Shown piece after piece: positions 50,707-59,763 of a stretch of 64,000 bases of DNA (position 1 is the first letter of the stretch; the number at the start of each line of letters is the position of its first letter). The notes under the pieces were generated by a model, which saw only the letters and a list, made by a program, of their open reading frames with translations, was not told the DNA's origin and did not search any database. The position numbers and the translations under genes are program-made. Source of the DNA: a virus; UHGV virus genome UHGV-0385297; one strand, written 5' to 3'.

Positions 50707-51324
50707 TTAATGAGTATGTTTGTTATTTTCATATTCATTTTCAATCTCCTTTGCAATTTTATTACAATATAATTTATATAGTTTTATAACTTCATCATTT
50801 GAAAATCTAATCGTCATATAATTATTCTCCAAAAAGAAAATTCTTCGCATTTTATCTTTTAATTGCTGTAGTTTGTTTGTATGATTTGATCCGTCTATTT
50901 CAATTATCGTTCTCGATTTTCTATCTACAAAATCGGCAATATATCTTTTTACACCATATTTTTTGTATCCATCTTTACCTGTTCCAAATGATATTTGGCA
51001 CTCCAAGTATGGATACATTTCTTTAAATATTCGTTCATGTTTCGTGGTGAATTTATCATTACAACCGCCATGTAAATTAGATTTTTCATAAATTAAATAA
51101 TCTTTATAATTATGTACTTGGGTTATAACATTGTACAACGGTAAACTACTCTCAAATATTTTTTGAGATAAATCAGACAAACAAATGTTATTCATTTTAG
51201 AAAGCTTCTTTTTTAATAAAATCCAATTAAGACGTTCTTTGGAAACATCTATAGATTCTTGATACTTTCTATTAAAAACATTCAGTTCCTCAATGTTAAT
51301 CTGTTGCATTTTTAATTCCTCCAA
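50707..51324 (-). CDS. DUF559/Vsr-like endonuclease domain protein
   Basis: RYIADFVDRKSRTIIEIDGSNH, a paralogous fold to the C-terminus of 40198..41367. Confidence 0.45.
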   Translation of the reverse strand: MEELKMQQINIEELNVFNRKYQESIDVSKERLNWILLKKKLSKMNNICLSDLSQKIFESSLPLYNVITQVHNYKDYLIYEKSNLHGGCNDKFTTKHERIFKEMYPYLECQISFGTGKDGYKKYGVKRYIADFVDRKSRTIIEIDGSNHTNKLQQLKDKMRRIFFLENNYMTIRFSNDEVIKLYKLYCNKIAKEIENEYENNKHTH

Positions 51325-51389
51325 TTTAAATATTTTATTTGTAATATCTTATTCTCCAAAATTTTAAAAATCTTTCTGTACATTTAGGT

Positions 51390-52640
51390 ACATCATCTTA
51401 TACCCAAAACTCGCTCTGTCAGATTTTAAAATAGAAGAGTAGCTTTACATGGTCTGAAGTCCCCAATTTGGGTACATTTATATATACCTAAAATTCACTT
51501 TATCCAACTAAAGCAAAAATACGTTTAGGTACATGTAGGATATACCCAAAAGTGTAAAATTCCTTCATTTGGGTACATGCCAGCTATCACTTTTGTGCAG
51601 TCCATATCAAGATAGACTCATATATATCAAGAGAAGAGTATTGTACATTCACAATAAATTGTTCATGTACGATTACGGGCTTCGCCCTATATTTTGTTCT
51701 CTCTTTTTCTTTCTCTCCATTTGTTTTCTTCCTTTTGATATTTGGGTACATATATGTGTACCTATCTGCAGGTTTCTTTCTTCTTGTTTATTTTCTCTAT
51801 TTGGGTACATAGTTTATATACCTAAAATGAGTGGAAAAATAATAATATGTTCTTTAAATTGATTTCTTATGTATTTTTTTCATCTTTCTTTTATCCATTT
51901 CCACCTATTTTCACCTAAAACAGATTCGTATCCTCTTTCTTTTAAGATTTGGGTACATGCTTCAGCTCCGATCCAGTCATAGTCTAATGGTTCCTGGCAG
52001 CAGTGTAGGTAATAATCAATCTGTCCTATTAACCATTTATCCGAATTATTTTGTGATGCTGATAAAGTTCTTCTTTTAAAGCTATGTATTCTTGTTTATG
52101 TTCTTCATCAAGTGTTGACCATAGATCCACAGGATATAACATCATCTTATTTGTATCCTTTCTTATATAAGTCTTTGCATACTGCATAACCGATTGATGC
52201 CAAGTCATTGCCTTTTTTAATCTTTTCTTTCCAATTCTGCATACATACCTCTATAGAATTGGGAAATTTATAAGTCTTGTAAAATTCGTACATGATTGCA
52301 TATAACTCTTTAAATTCTTTTACTGTATAAATCTTTGTTTCTTTTGATGTCATTTTGAATTACCTCATTTTCTGTTTTATTTTATTGCTATATTATTGTT
52401 CTCCATTTTAAAATTTTTTCTTTGGATTTCTTTTTGTCCTGTTTCTGATCAGAAGAGTAATTAACTTTCTTCATATGCTATTAGTAGATCTACGATCACT
52501 TTTTAAGGATTAAAATCCATTTGGATGGCCCAGGTGATAAGTTGCTATGGTGCGAGATTCAACTGTCTTATTTTTCTGTGAGATAAGATTTAGGCTAATG
52601 AATATCCTGGATGGCTATTCAGGTACATGTTTTGGGTACA
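51390..52640. repeat. Iteron/operator array with at least 7 copies of (A)TTTGGGTACAT, some inverted
   Basis: Copies at about 51398 (inverted), 51466, 51543 (inverted), 51568, 51737, 51797, 51946 and 52625. A companion TATACCTAAAAT motif occurs twice. Confidence 0.6.
52147..52353 (-). CDS. Hypothetical small protein
   Basis: ORF only. Confidence 0.3.
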   Translation of the reverse strand: MTSKETKIYTVKEFKELYAIMYEFYKTYKFPNSIEVCMQNWKEKIKKGNDLASIGYAVCKDLYKKGYK

Positions 52641-52965
52641 ATGTTTTGTCTACCCTTGGAAATTCTTTCTTCGCAGGCTCAGAAAGACCGTCCCTAATCA
52701 TAGGGACTATTTCTTGTCAGTTTTTAGATAGGGGAGTAGTTAATGATCAGAATGAGATGTTCTACGAAATTCTTTACATGGGATTTGGTAACTCTGTGTG
52801 AGTTTTTGATACCTATTTTCGTTTCTAAGTATGCGAGTGGTAAGTTGGTAGGGTAGGAGAGTAAAATGGCTAGAATTTTTCTGAGCGTTGATTTAAACAA
52901 ATGATATTTTAGAGATATGAATTAGGTACAAAAAATAAGACACCCTGATCAGGATGCCTTATCTA

Positions 52966-53820
52966 CTATGATGCTTTATCAAAAATGGTTGTATATTTAG
53001 TTTGGGTTGTTTCCAGCTGCATAAGATTATACTGTCGCAGAAGTGTATCTACTACGTTTTCGAACAATACTCTAATGTGAGGTGAATGTTCAATGGCATC
53101 TAAGGTATAACATGTTTTCAGTTTATTTTCATAGCAATAATCTTCTTTTAGCTGATTTAAATCTATATCAGGATAGAGATTCTGCATTTCTCTGTAAAGG
53201 TTCTTATATAATTCTGTATAAGAAATATCAAAATATTCTGCTAAGAGCTGATACTTTGGGAACATCTTTGTGGACCAATAGGAATATTTACGCTGAGAGA
53301 TTGATTTCTGTGTAGTCTTAAGATTATTGATCTCATTTTGCATAACAGTAATAGTAGTAGTGATGTCTGTCATAGCTTTTGTTAATTCGGATACTGTTTT
53401 AGTTAATGAAAATACTGCATCTGTGACTTGAGTAAAATCATTCATTGAGACCAGATCATTGTGTCGGTATTTTTCTACAATATCCCATACCCAATCCATG
53501 AAAAGGTTTGCTTTTGGCTGTCTGGACCAACGGCAGATTTCCATAACACCACGTTCTGTATAATAAACACGCTCTTGTTCTTCGCTCTTAGTCAGGTTAG
53601 TACCAATTTGGTACTGACCTAATTTCATTCTTATACATAATGGATCTAATCTATCCTTATGCTTAAGATGAATTCTTCTAATACACATTGATGGATCAGT
53701 ATATTCTAACGCCTGACCAATCTGTTCTCTTGTAAGAAGGATATCATCATTCATATTACGATAGAAGCTGCAGGATAAATTATTAAAGGTTTCTGTGGTT
53801 ACTAATTTTAATGTACTCAT
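52966..53820 (-). CDS. Putative antirepressor/DNA-binding protein (KilA-N/ORF6N-like N-terminus)
   Basis: N-terminal LLTREQIGQALEY...RGVMEICRWSR. The call is weak. Confidence 0.3.
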   Translation of the reverse strand: MSTLKLVTTETFNNLSCSFYRNMNDDILLTREQIGQALEYTDPSMCIRRIHLKHKDRLDPLCIRMKLGQYQIGTNLTKSEEQERVYYTERGVMEICRWSRQPKANLFMDWVWDIVEKYRHNDLVSMNDFTQVTDAVFSLTKTVSELTKAMTDITTTITVMQNEINNLKTTQKSISQRKYSYWSTKMFPKYQLLAEYFDISYTELYKNLYREMQNLYPDIDLNQLKEDYCYENKLKTCYTLDAIEHSPHIRVLFENVVDTLLRQYNLMQLETTQTKYTTIFDKAS

Positions 53821-53985
53821 TTAGTTGTCTCCTTATGTATTTTTACTTTGTTAGTGGTTACATAAGAATATTCTCCTAATGAGTTAGGATTTGTTTACAG
53901 TTTAATTTGTAATAAAATCTTTCTTTGTATATTGAATGTTGTATGTTATAATCATGTATAAGTCATATAATTTTAGGAGGAGAGC

Positions 53986-54849
53986 ATGAGAAGATCGTTA
54001 AAGGATTTGCGCGGTGTCGAAAAAGATTCATATAAAGGTTTGCCTGAAGAGCTGAGAGAGTTCAATTATTATATTCCTGATTGTGGCAATGTAATTATGG
54101 CTGTGCCTGAGTGTTTATTAGAGAAAGCAGAAGAAAACGGTGAACTGGATATGTTTGAGTGTCCGTTTCCTGTAAAGTATGTGTTGGAAAAAGGATATAG
54201 AATATATAAAAATCACGTTATTTGTGAAGGAAAGTATGATAAGTTTGTTGGATTGCAGGTTGAAGAGGATTATTATGAATATAATAGACCAAGTAAGAGT
54301 AGTGGCGGATCAATATATACAAATGCGTTGATTAATGCTCTCAAAGGTAAGGTCTTTCCATCTTATATAGGGATGTCAGAAGGCACATTATTTGATATGA
54401 GTGATACAGGAGCTACTTTGACCATGTTTATGTATGATCCTGAAAAAGATGAAATTGCACAGTTTGATAGGTCTAAACCAGTTGAGATTCGATTTGCTGC
54501 TATAAAAGATGTCATTATGATGACTATTAAATTGGGCAATTTAGAATGGTGGGAAGCACCATACAGTGTTCATTTAAGTAGGAATTTGACACGGATGCCG
54601 GTCATTGAAGATGGTAAGGGTATTAATCTTACTTTGATGTTAGTTAATATTAGAACTGGAAGAGTAGAAAATGTAAAAGTAGTACAGCTATCTACAGAAT
54701 TTAGTGTTGCGCTATGCAAGGCTATTGATAAGCAGAGATCTACGAAGTTCTCGAATACAATGTATAATATAAATATTGATCGGTTATATGATATGTATAC
54801 TGCGGATCAGCTGGCAGAAATGGGTACTGCAAGGTGTAAGATTGGTTAA
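53986..54849 (+). CDS. Hypothetical protein (287 aa)
   Basis: RBS AGGAGG. Confidence 0.5.
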   Translation: MRRSLKDLRGVEKDSYKGLPEELREFNYYIPDCGNVIMAVPECLLEKAEENGELDMFECPFPVKYVLEKGYRIYKNHVICEGKYDKFVGLQVEEDYYEYNRPSKSSGGSIYTNALINALKGKVFPSYIGMSEGTLFDMSDTGATLTMFMYDPEKDEIAQFDRSKPVEIRFAAIKDVIMMTIKLGNLEWWEAPYSVHLSRNLTRMPVIEDGKGINLTLMLVNIRTGRVENVKVVQLSTEFSVALCKAIDKQRSTKFSNTMYNINIDRLYDMYTADQLAEMGTARCKIG

Positions 54850-55335
54850 TGGTAGAGTGGATTTGTAGTATAGATATAATGGTAGATACGACAAGTTAAT
54901 AATCGGATACGTTAGAACGATCCCTGGGTAATGGTATGTTATGTACTGTTACTTGGGGATTTTTTGTTGTGTAATTGTGTTGGGATGGATCGGAATGGAT
55001 GAAGGGTATGTTTTGATGTGTTATGAGTTGAAAACATGGAATCGTAAATTCCCTTTAATATAATGAAGAAACACGTTTTAAGATTAGAATTTTAATTTTT
55101 GGGATGTTGCATTTTTTGAAATTTTGGTGCGATTTTTATTGAGATTGCGGGATTTTTACGATAAGGGGGCCGATAACAGTTTTTGAGGTGGTGACGAGGG
55201 GATTTTGGGCGTAGTTGTGGGGAAATGGAGTGTTGGGATTTGGAATGTAGATGGGAGAGGAGCGTGATACACCTGGATGAGTTGGAAGTGGTGGGTGATT
55301 TGGAAGAGATGTTCAAATTTTAATTTGAAAGTTTG
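54850..55335 (+). other. C-depleted, G/T-rich, GGA-repeat-rich non-coding segment
   Basis: The plus strand has almost no C over about 480 nt. There are many GGA/GGGAT/TTGGGAT motifs and G-tracts. Confidence 0.5.
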
Positions 55336-55662
55336 ATTTTGAACTTAGTGTGTAGATGAAACAGCTACCGGCTCTGGTGAAAACACTTTAGCACTTTAAA
55401 GTTTTAACCAGCCCCCATAAACAATAATAGTAATAATTACTGTTATTTTACACGGTTTTTTCCTATTTTACCGTAGCCGAACATATGTTCTGTTATTTGA
55501 TCCGACTTCTGGCAATCGAACATATGTTTGCTTATTGACTGTGAGCTATGATAGTTTTTTAAACTTTTACATGTAGTATTGATAACTACATGTAATGATA
55601 TTTAATACTATAAGAGGTAGTTCGACAGTGAAAAAATAATATCGAAAAAATTAAAATTGTTA

Positions 55663-55691
55663 TTGACAATCACACTATCATGTGATATATT
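55663..55691 (+). promoter_or_regulatory. Promoter TTGACA-17-TATATT with an embedded TCACAC-N6-TGTGA operator
   Basis: Sequence read directly. Confidence 0.55.
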
Positions 55692-55763
55692 ATAGTCAAG
55701 TTCATAAAGAACGACAGCGGGAACGCTGTTATAGCACTTTTAAAAGTTTTTAGAAAAAAGTGC

Positions 55764-55792
55764 TTGACAATCACATGAACGTGTGATATAGT
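55764..55792 (+). promoter_or_regulatory. Promoter TTGACA-17-TATAGT with an embedded TCACA-N6-TGTGA operator
   Basis: Sequence read directly. It is tandem to the previous promoter. Confidence 0.55.
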
Positions 55793-55799
55793 CATTAAT

Positions 55800-56530
55800 G
55801 TAAGAACAAAGTAGTTCAGTTCTTACAGCCGCTAAAATGCCCATGTGGGGCGGTGGCAAGTTCCTTGTCAATTTAATAGGAATAAAGCCCATGAATTGAA
55901 AAATTCACAGGCTTTAAAAGTTGGTTTGATAAACCAAACCGTAGCAAGTTCAGTTTATCATTCTATCTTTCATTTGTCAAGTCTGGCAAGTGTTTTCCTA
56001 TTAATCGGCTACCAGTGACGGCACTGGTGGACTTTGCGCAACGGTCAAGATAACAATACTGGATGCCCGCAAGAGTGTCTAGCGTTTACGCAAGTAAGCG
56101 CATTGTGAAAATACCCGTTGTGGGTACATTGAAAAATAAACAACTTATACAGTGTTTTATAAAGCGTTTGGCATTTTCAACAACGGGTGAATTCCCCGTT
56201 AAAATGTCCGTGTAGCGTATAAAAGCGTTACACTAGCAAGCTGGACTTAGCACGACTGCGGTTGTGAACGTGTTCGCATTTGCGCACTTAGCTTGCTACT
56301 GGTGAAAATCCCACACTAGGATTCTGAAATCTTGCCTAGTAGTGACCCGTAAGAAGGTAGGAAGTCGGTTTAAGGCTGAGAAGCATTTTGGACAATAAAT
56401 AAAATGATTGTAAGACGTGTCGTTATACATAGGTCAAGGGGCGGACTAGCACTACCAGTCTGTCCTTTGCTCGTGTGCATAACACGGCAACTACAAAAAA
56501 TAATTTTAATTCCGCAATGCGGAGAAAGAG
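55800..56530 (+). ncRNA. Large, highly structured non-coding RNA candidate (ROOL/GOLLD-like?)
   Basis: About 700 nt without a credible ORF and GC-richer than its surroundings. Multiple long-range helices (ACCCGTTGT...ACAACGGGT; TAGCAAGCT...AGCTTGCTA; GTAAGAAC...GTTCTTAC). It sits downstream of two strong promoters. Confidence 0.4.
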
Positions 56531-56538
56531 GTATTTAT

Positions 56539-57339
56539 ATGAAGATTAACTTTTTAGCAAACTTTGAGAAAGTAACTATCAACGCTATTGTGCCAGCGGT
56601 ACAGTATGAGGCTAACCTGATGCTTCAGACTATGAATGATGAAGCAATCGCTAAACAGGATAAAATCATCTCTAATCAAAAAGGTGGTTACTCTGAGGAC
56701 GAAATTAAGGTAGCAAAGGACAAAAAGAGTAAACTGGAAGCCGCTAACGCTGAACTTGTAATTGCTAATGCTGAACTTGAGCCACGCTACAAGTCTACCC
56801 TGGAAGTAGTTACCAGTGCTAACAATGGTCATGTATCTAATGACCTTGTAGCGTTCCGTAACATTTTACGGCTTGTGGCATGCTCTGATAATAGCAAGTT
56901 TTTCCGCTATGCCATTATCACAGATGTCGATTTTTCAACGTTTTATGACCTGTTTGAAAAGTGCCATTCTATCGATGGTGACTTTGATGACAATGGTATG
57001 CGTGTATACCTTAATCAGGCTTGGAACACCCATAAAGACATCAAAGCTGAGATTGAAAAAATCCTTAAAAAAATGTTTTCACTCGTTGCTGACAGTGATT
57101 TAACCAAAAAAGTTACTATCAGATTTAACAAAACAGACCTTGGCATCTTACATGAGTGTTACGTCACAGGTCTGACCGTTTCTGCTAAAAAGGATAAAAA
57201 CGGTGAGGTAGTAGTGGGTGATTATAAATTTAGAACTGTAATCACTCGTAAGAAAGACAAGGATGGCAATGATAAGTTTGAAGGTGACAAGTTCAAAGAA
57301 CTCATTGCTAAAATTGCGTTTGGAAAACTGTATGCATAG
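56539..57339 (+). CDS. Hypothetical protein (266 aa)
   Basis: RBS GGAGAAAGAGG. The track ORF starts earlier, inside the structured RNA. Confidence 0.5.
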   Translation: MKINFLANFEKVTINAIVPAVQYEANLMLQTMNDEAIAKQDKIISNQKGGYSEDEIKVAKDKKSKLEAANAELVIANAELEPRYKSTLEVVTSANNGHVSNDLVAFRNILRLVACSDNSKFFRYAIITDVDFSTFYDLFEKCHSIDGDFDDNGMRVYLNQAWNTHKDIKAEIEKILKKMFSLVADSDLTKKVTIRFNKTDLGILHECYVTGLTVSAKKDKNGEVVVGDYKFRTVITRKKDKDGNDKFEGDKFKELIAKIAFGKLYA

Positions 57340-57428
57340 TTTTCACAGGACACAGCGGTTTAAGGGCGGTTCAACTCCGCCCGTGTCTAGTTATAGAAAA
57401 TATAAACAATTTACGGAGGTAAAATAAC

Positions 57429-57683
57429 ATGAATATGGTTCAGGTACAGAAAATGTTAATAAACGTATACCGTGATTACATCGGTATGGGCAGAAGGCAG
57501 AGCGAAATGGATAAAAGCGTTCTGTCTTTTTTAATGCAGGAATATTCCCAGACTTGCATGGACTGGGAAGAAATCCAGTGGCTCTGGATCCAGTATCTTA
57601 AAAAGGGTGTATTGGATCTTCCAGAGGCAATGAAAAGAGCCAAATTAAGAATAGAACAGGAGACAGCGGTATGTGTAAGGTAA
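57429..57683 (+). CDS. Hypothetical protein
   Basis: ORF with an RBS. Confidence 0.4.
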   Translation: MNMVQVQKMLINVYRDYIGMGRRQSEMDKSVLSFLMQEYSQTCMDWEEIQWLWIQYLKKGVLDLPEAMKRAKLRIEQETAVCVR

Positions 57684-58069
57684 AAGTGTATCACACAATT
57701 TCCAGGGAAGTATTTCACGGAATGCAATTTGCACCATTTTCTATCCGTGCGGTATTTGAGAACGGAACAGAGCTTGTATGCTCTGAATTTTCCAGAACTG
57801 AAAGCGGTATAACAATGTACCTGTACAACGGAAGTGGTGCATGGAAACGTATCTGCAATAACGGCATTTATGCGGATTTAATGGAAAAGTATTACCGCCG
57901 TTGGTTCAAAGAAAAACATGATAGTCTGAACTATGCAGCTATGATGAAACATGACCGTAAACGCAAAACAGGTTCAGCTGGACAGAGGCTCACACCATTC
58001 TGCGGACAGGTCACAGACTATGAATGTGCGAAAATTCCATTGCATGACTTTCGCAGAGTATGGAACTAA
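57671..58069 (+). CDS. Hypothetical protein
   Basis: ORF only. Confidence 0.4.
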   Translation: MCKVKVYHTISREVFHGMQFAPFSIRAVFENGTELVCSEFSRTESGITMYLYNGSGAWKRICNNGIYADLMEKYYRRWFKEKHDSLNYAAMMKHDRKRKTGSAGQRLTPFCGQVTDYECAKIPLHDFRRVWN

Positions 58070-58242
58070 CAAAGGGAGGTAGCGAAATGTTAGAAATAAA
58101 TAATGATATTAAGATTATTACAGACGCAATTAACACTTTTGGAAGTTGTACTATGCACATTCTTCCAAAAGACAAAGAAGAGAAATTAACAGAACTGGGA
58201 TATGAAATATCCCGTAAAAGTTGGGGAATTATTATAAGATAA
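58060..58242 (+). CDS. Hypothetical small protein
   Basis: RBS GGGAGGTAGCGAAATG. Confidence 0.35.
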   Translation: MELTKGGSEMLEINNDIKIITDAINTFGSCTMHILPKDKEEKLTELGYEISRKSWGIIIR

Positions 58243-58256
58243 TTGGAGGTAGCGAA

Positions 58257-58340
58257 ATGATGAGTTTTGTTTGGGTAATGTGTGTATTTTTCGGTGGTAT
58301 GGCATGTGGTTATTTACTTACTGATAATAAGGAGGATTAA
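58257..58340 (+). CDS. 27-aa hydrophobic peptide MMSFVWVMCVFFGGMACGYLLTDNKED
   Basis: Identical RBS block GGAGGTAGCGAAATG to that at 58070. Below the track cut-off. Confidence 0.3.
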   Translation: MMSFVWVMCVFFGGMACGYLLTDNKED

Positions 58341-58344
58341 GGAT

Positions 58345-58710
58345 ATGAAAAGAGAAATGACTAGAGGAGAAATGAGACTGTATTTAACTGGCAATGCCAG
58401 TGTATGGGTAGGTAAGACATTTGCACATGGTAAAAACATGCGCATGGTATCCAGGTTCACAGAAGAGGCAGATTATACCTGTGAGTATGATGGTGAGGAT
58501 CTGGGTGATGGATTCTGCACACATGACGTAGACGAGGCACTTGACTGGTTATTCGGTGTACGGAAATCAAACTACCAGAAGCATTATTTCTACTTTGCGA
58601 CTGGGGAAAATGTAAAATCAATCTGCTTTTACACATCAGAGGACGCATGGGAATTTGTAAAAGAATACGCAGATAGCGGTTATGACTGCGTAGTAGAAAG
58701 ATATATATAA
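58345..58710 (+). CDS. Hypothetical protein
   Basis: RBS AAGGAGG before the internal ATG. Confidence 0.45.
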   Translation: MKREMTRGEMRLYLTGNASVWVGKTFAHGKNMRMVSRFTEEADYTCEYDGEDLGDGFCTHDVDEALDWLFGVRKSNYQKHYFYFATGENVKSICFYTSEDAWEFVKEYADSGYDCVVERYI

Positions 58711-58833
58711 AGGCAGACCATGCTCTGCCAGCTCTGAGTTATGGAAACCGCTACGAGGTTCAGAGCAGACAACGGAATTTATTTCGGCTAATATCCATAG
58801 GTAACTTGTAAACCAGTATAAAAACCGTTATAC

Positions 58834-59043
58834 TTGACTTATAAAAGTGAAAGGCGGTGGAAAGGAATGGAAGGCATGAGCGAAAGCGAACTGATTGCTG
58901 TATTAATCGATAAGTACACAGATTTACAGCGAATCAAAAAAGCAAACGGCGGAGTAGAAAACGCAGAACTTGATTATCAGATTAAAGTCACCACTGCGAA
59001 ATTAGCTTCTATGAAGGTAAATGTAGAAGATTTAACTTTATAA
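58834..59043 (+). CDS. Hypothetical small protein
   Basis: ORF only. Confidence 0.35.
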   Translation: MTYKSERRWKGMEGMSESELIAVLIDKYTDLQRIKKANGGVENAELDYQIKVTTAKLASMKVNVEDLTL

Positions 59044-59120
59044 TCCGTCCGGGATTCAGGGGCAAGGGATATAAAAATTCCTTGCTCTTTTTATGCCTAA
59101 AATACAGGAGGTAAAGTGAT

Positions 59121-59651
59121 ATGTGTAAATATTTCAGCGGATGCAAAACAAAACAGCAGCTTAAAGTACGGTTTAAAACTCTGATTAAAGAGAATCACCC
59201 AGACAATGGAGGGGATCTGGAAACAATGCAGACCATAAACGCAGAATACGACAGATTAGTTAAAATTCTTCCAGATATTCCAGGTTCAGAAACAGAAATG
59301 CGTGATGAAAAAGAAAAATCTGCACGGAAACCAGAACCAGAAAAAACAGAAACCGATTTTACAGACTTATCAGACGCAGTAAAACAGGCTATAGCCAGAG
59401 CAACGCAGATACCAGGTATTGAAGTGGAAGTGTGTGGTTCTTGGGTATGGGTATCCGGAAATACTTACGCAGTTAAGAATACATTGAAAGAAATTGGCTT
59501 CCGGTTCTCAGGCAAAAAGAAAATGTGGTATTTCCATGAGGAAATTGAAGGACGGAAATACTTCAAACGTAAAAGAGAAATGGATATGGGATCTATCCGA
59601 TCTAAGTATGGTACGGAAACTATGTATCATAGGGAAGTATGCTTAGGGTAG
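59121..59651 (+). CDS. J-domain (DnaJ-like) protein
   Basis: LIKENHPDNGGDLETMQTINAEYDRL resembles the J-domain HPD helix II-III region. Confidence 0.45.
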   Translation: MCKYFSGCKTKQQLKVRFKTLIKENHPDNGGDLETMQTINAEYDRLVKILPDIPGSETEMRDEKEKSARKPEPEKTETDFTDLSDAVKQAIARATQIPGIEVEVCGSWVWVSGNTYAVKNTLKEIGFRFSGKKKMWYFHEEIEGRKYFKRKREMDMGSIRSKYGTETMYHREVCLG

Positions 59652-59703
59652 TGCCTAGTATGACGGCAGAAGAGAAATTTTCTGTCGTTGATAGTGGGTA
59701 TTA

Positions 59704-59732
59704 TTGAAAATCACATGTATATGTGATAGAAT
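59704..59732 (+). promoter_or_regulatory. Promoter TTGAAA-17-TAGAAT with an embedded TCACA-N6-TGTGA operator
   Basis: Same architecture as the promoters at 55663 and 55764. Confidence 0.5.
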
Positions 59733-59763
59733 GGAGGTAATTATATAGGACGGAGGAAAGGAA

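Noticed and set aside
51569-51862. 97-aa plus-strand ORF in the repeat array
   Set aside because: It is Cys/Phe/Leu-rich and low complexity, and it is composed of the TTTGGGTACAT repeats and T-runs. There is no RBS.
55092-55316. 74-aa minus-strand ORF in the C-depleted block
   Set aside because: The low-complexity S/P/K-rich translation is a by-product of the extreme base-composition skew.
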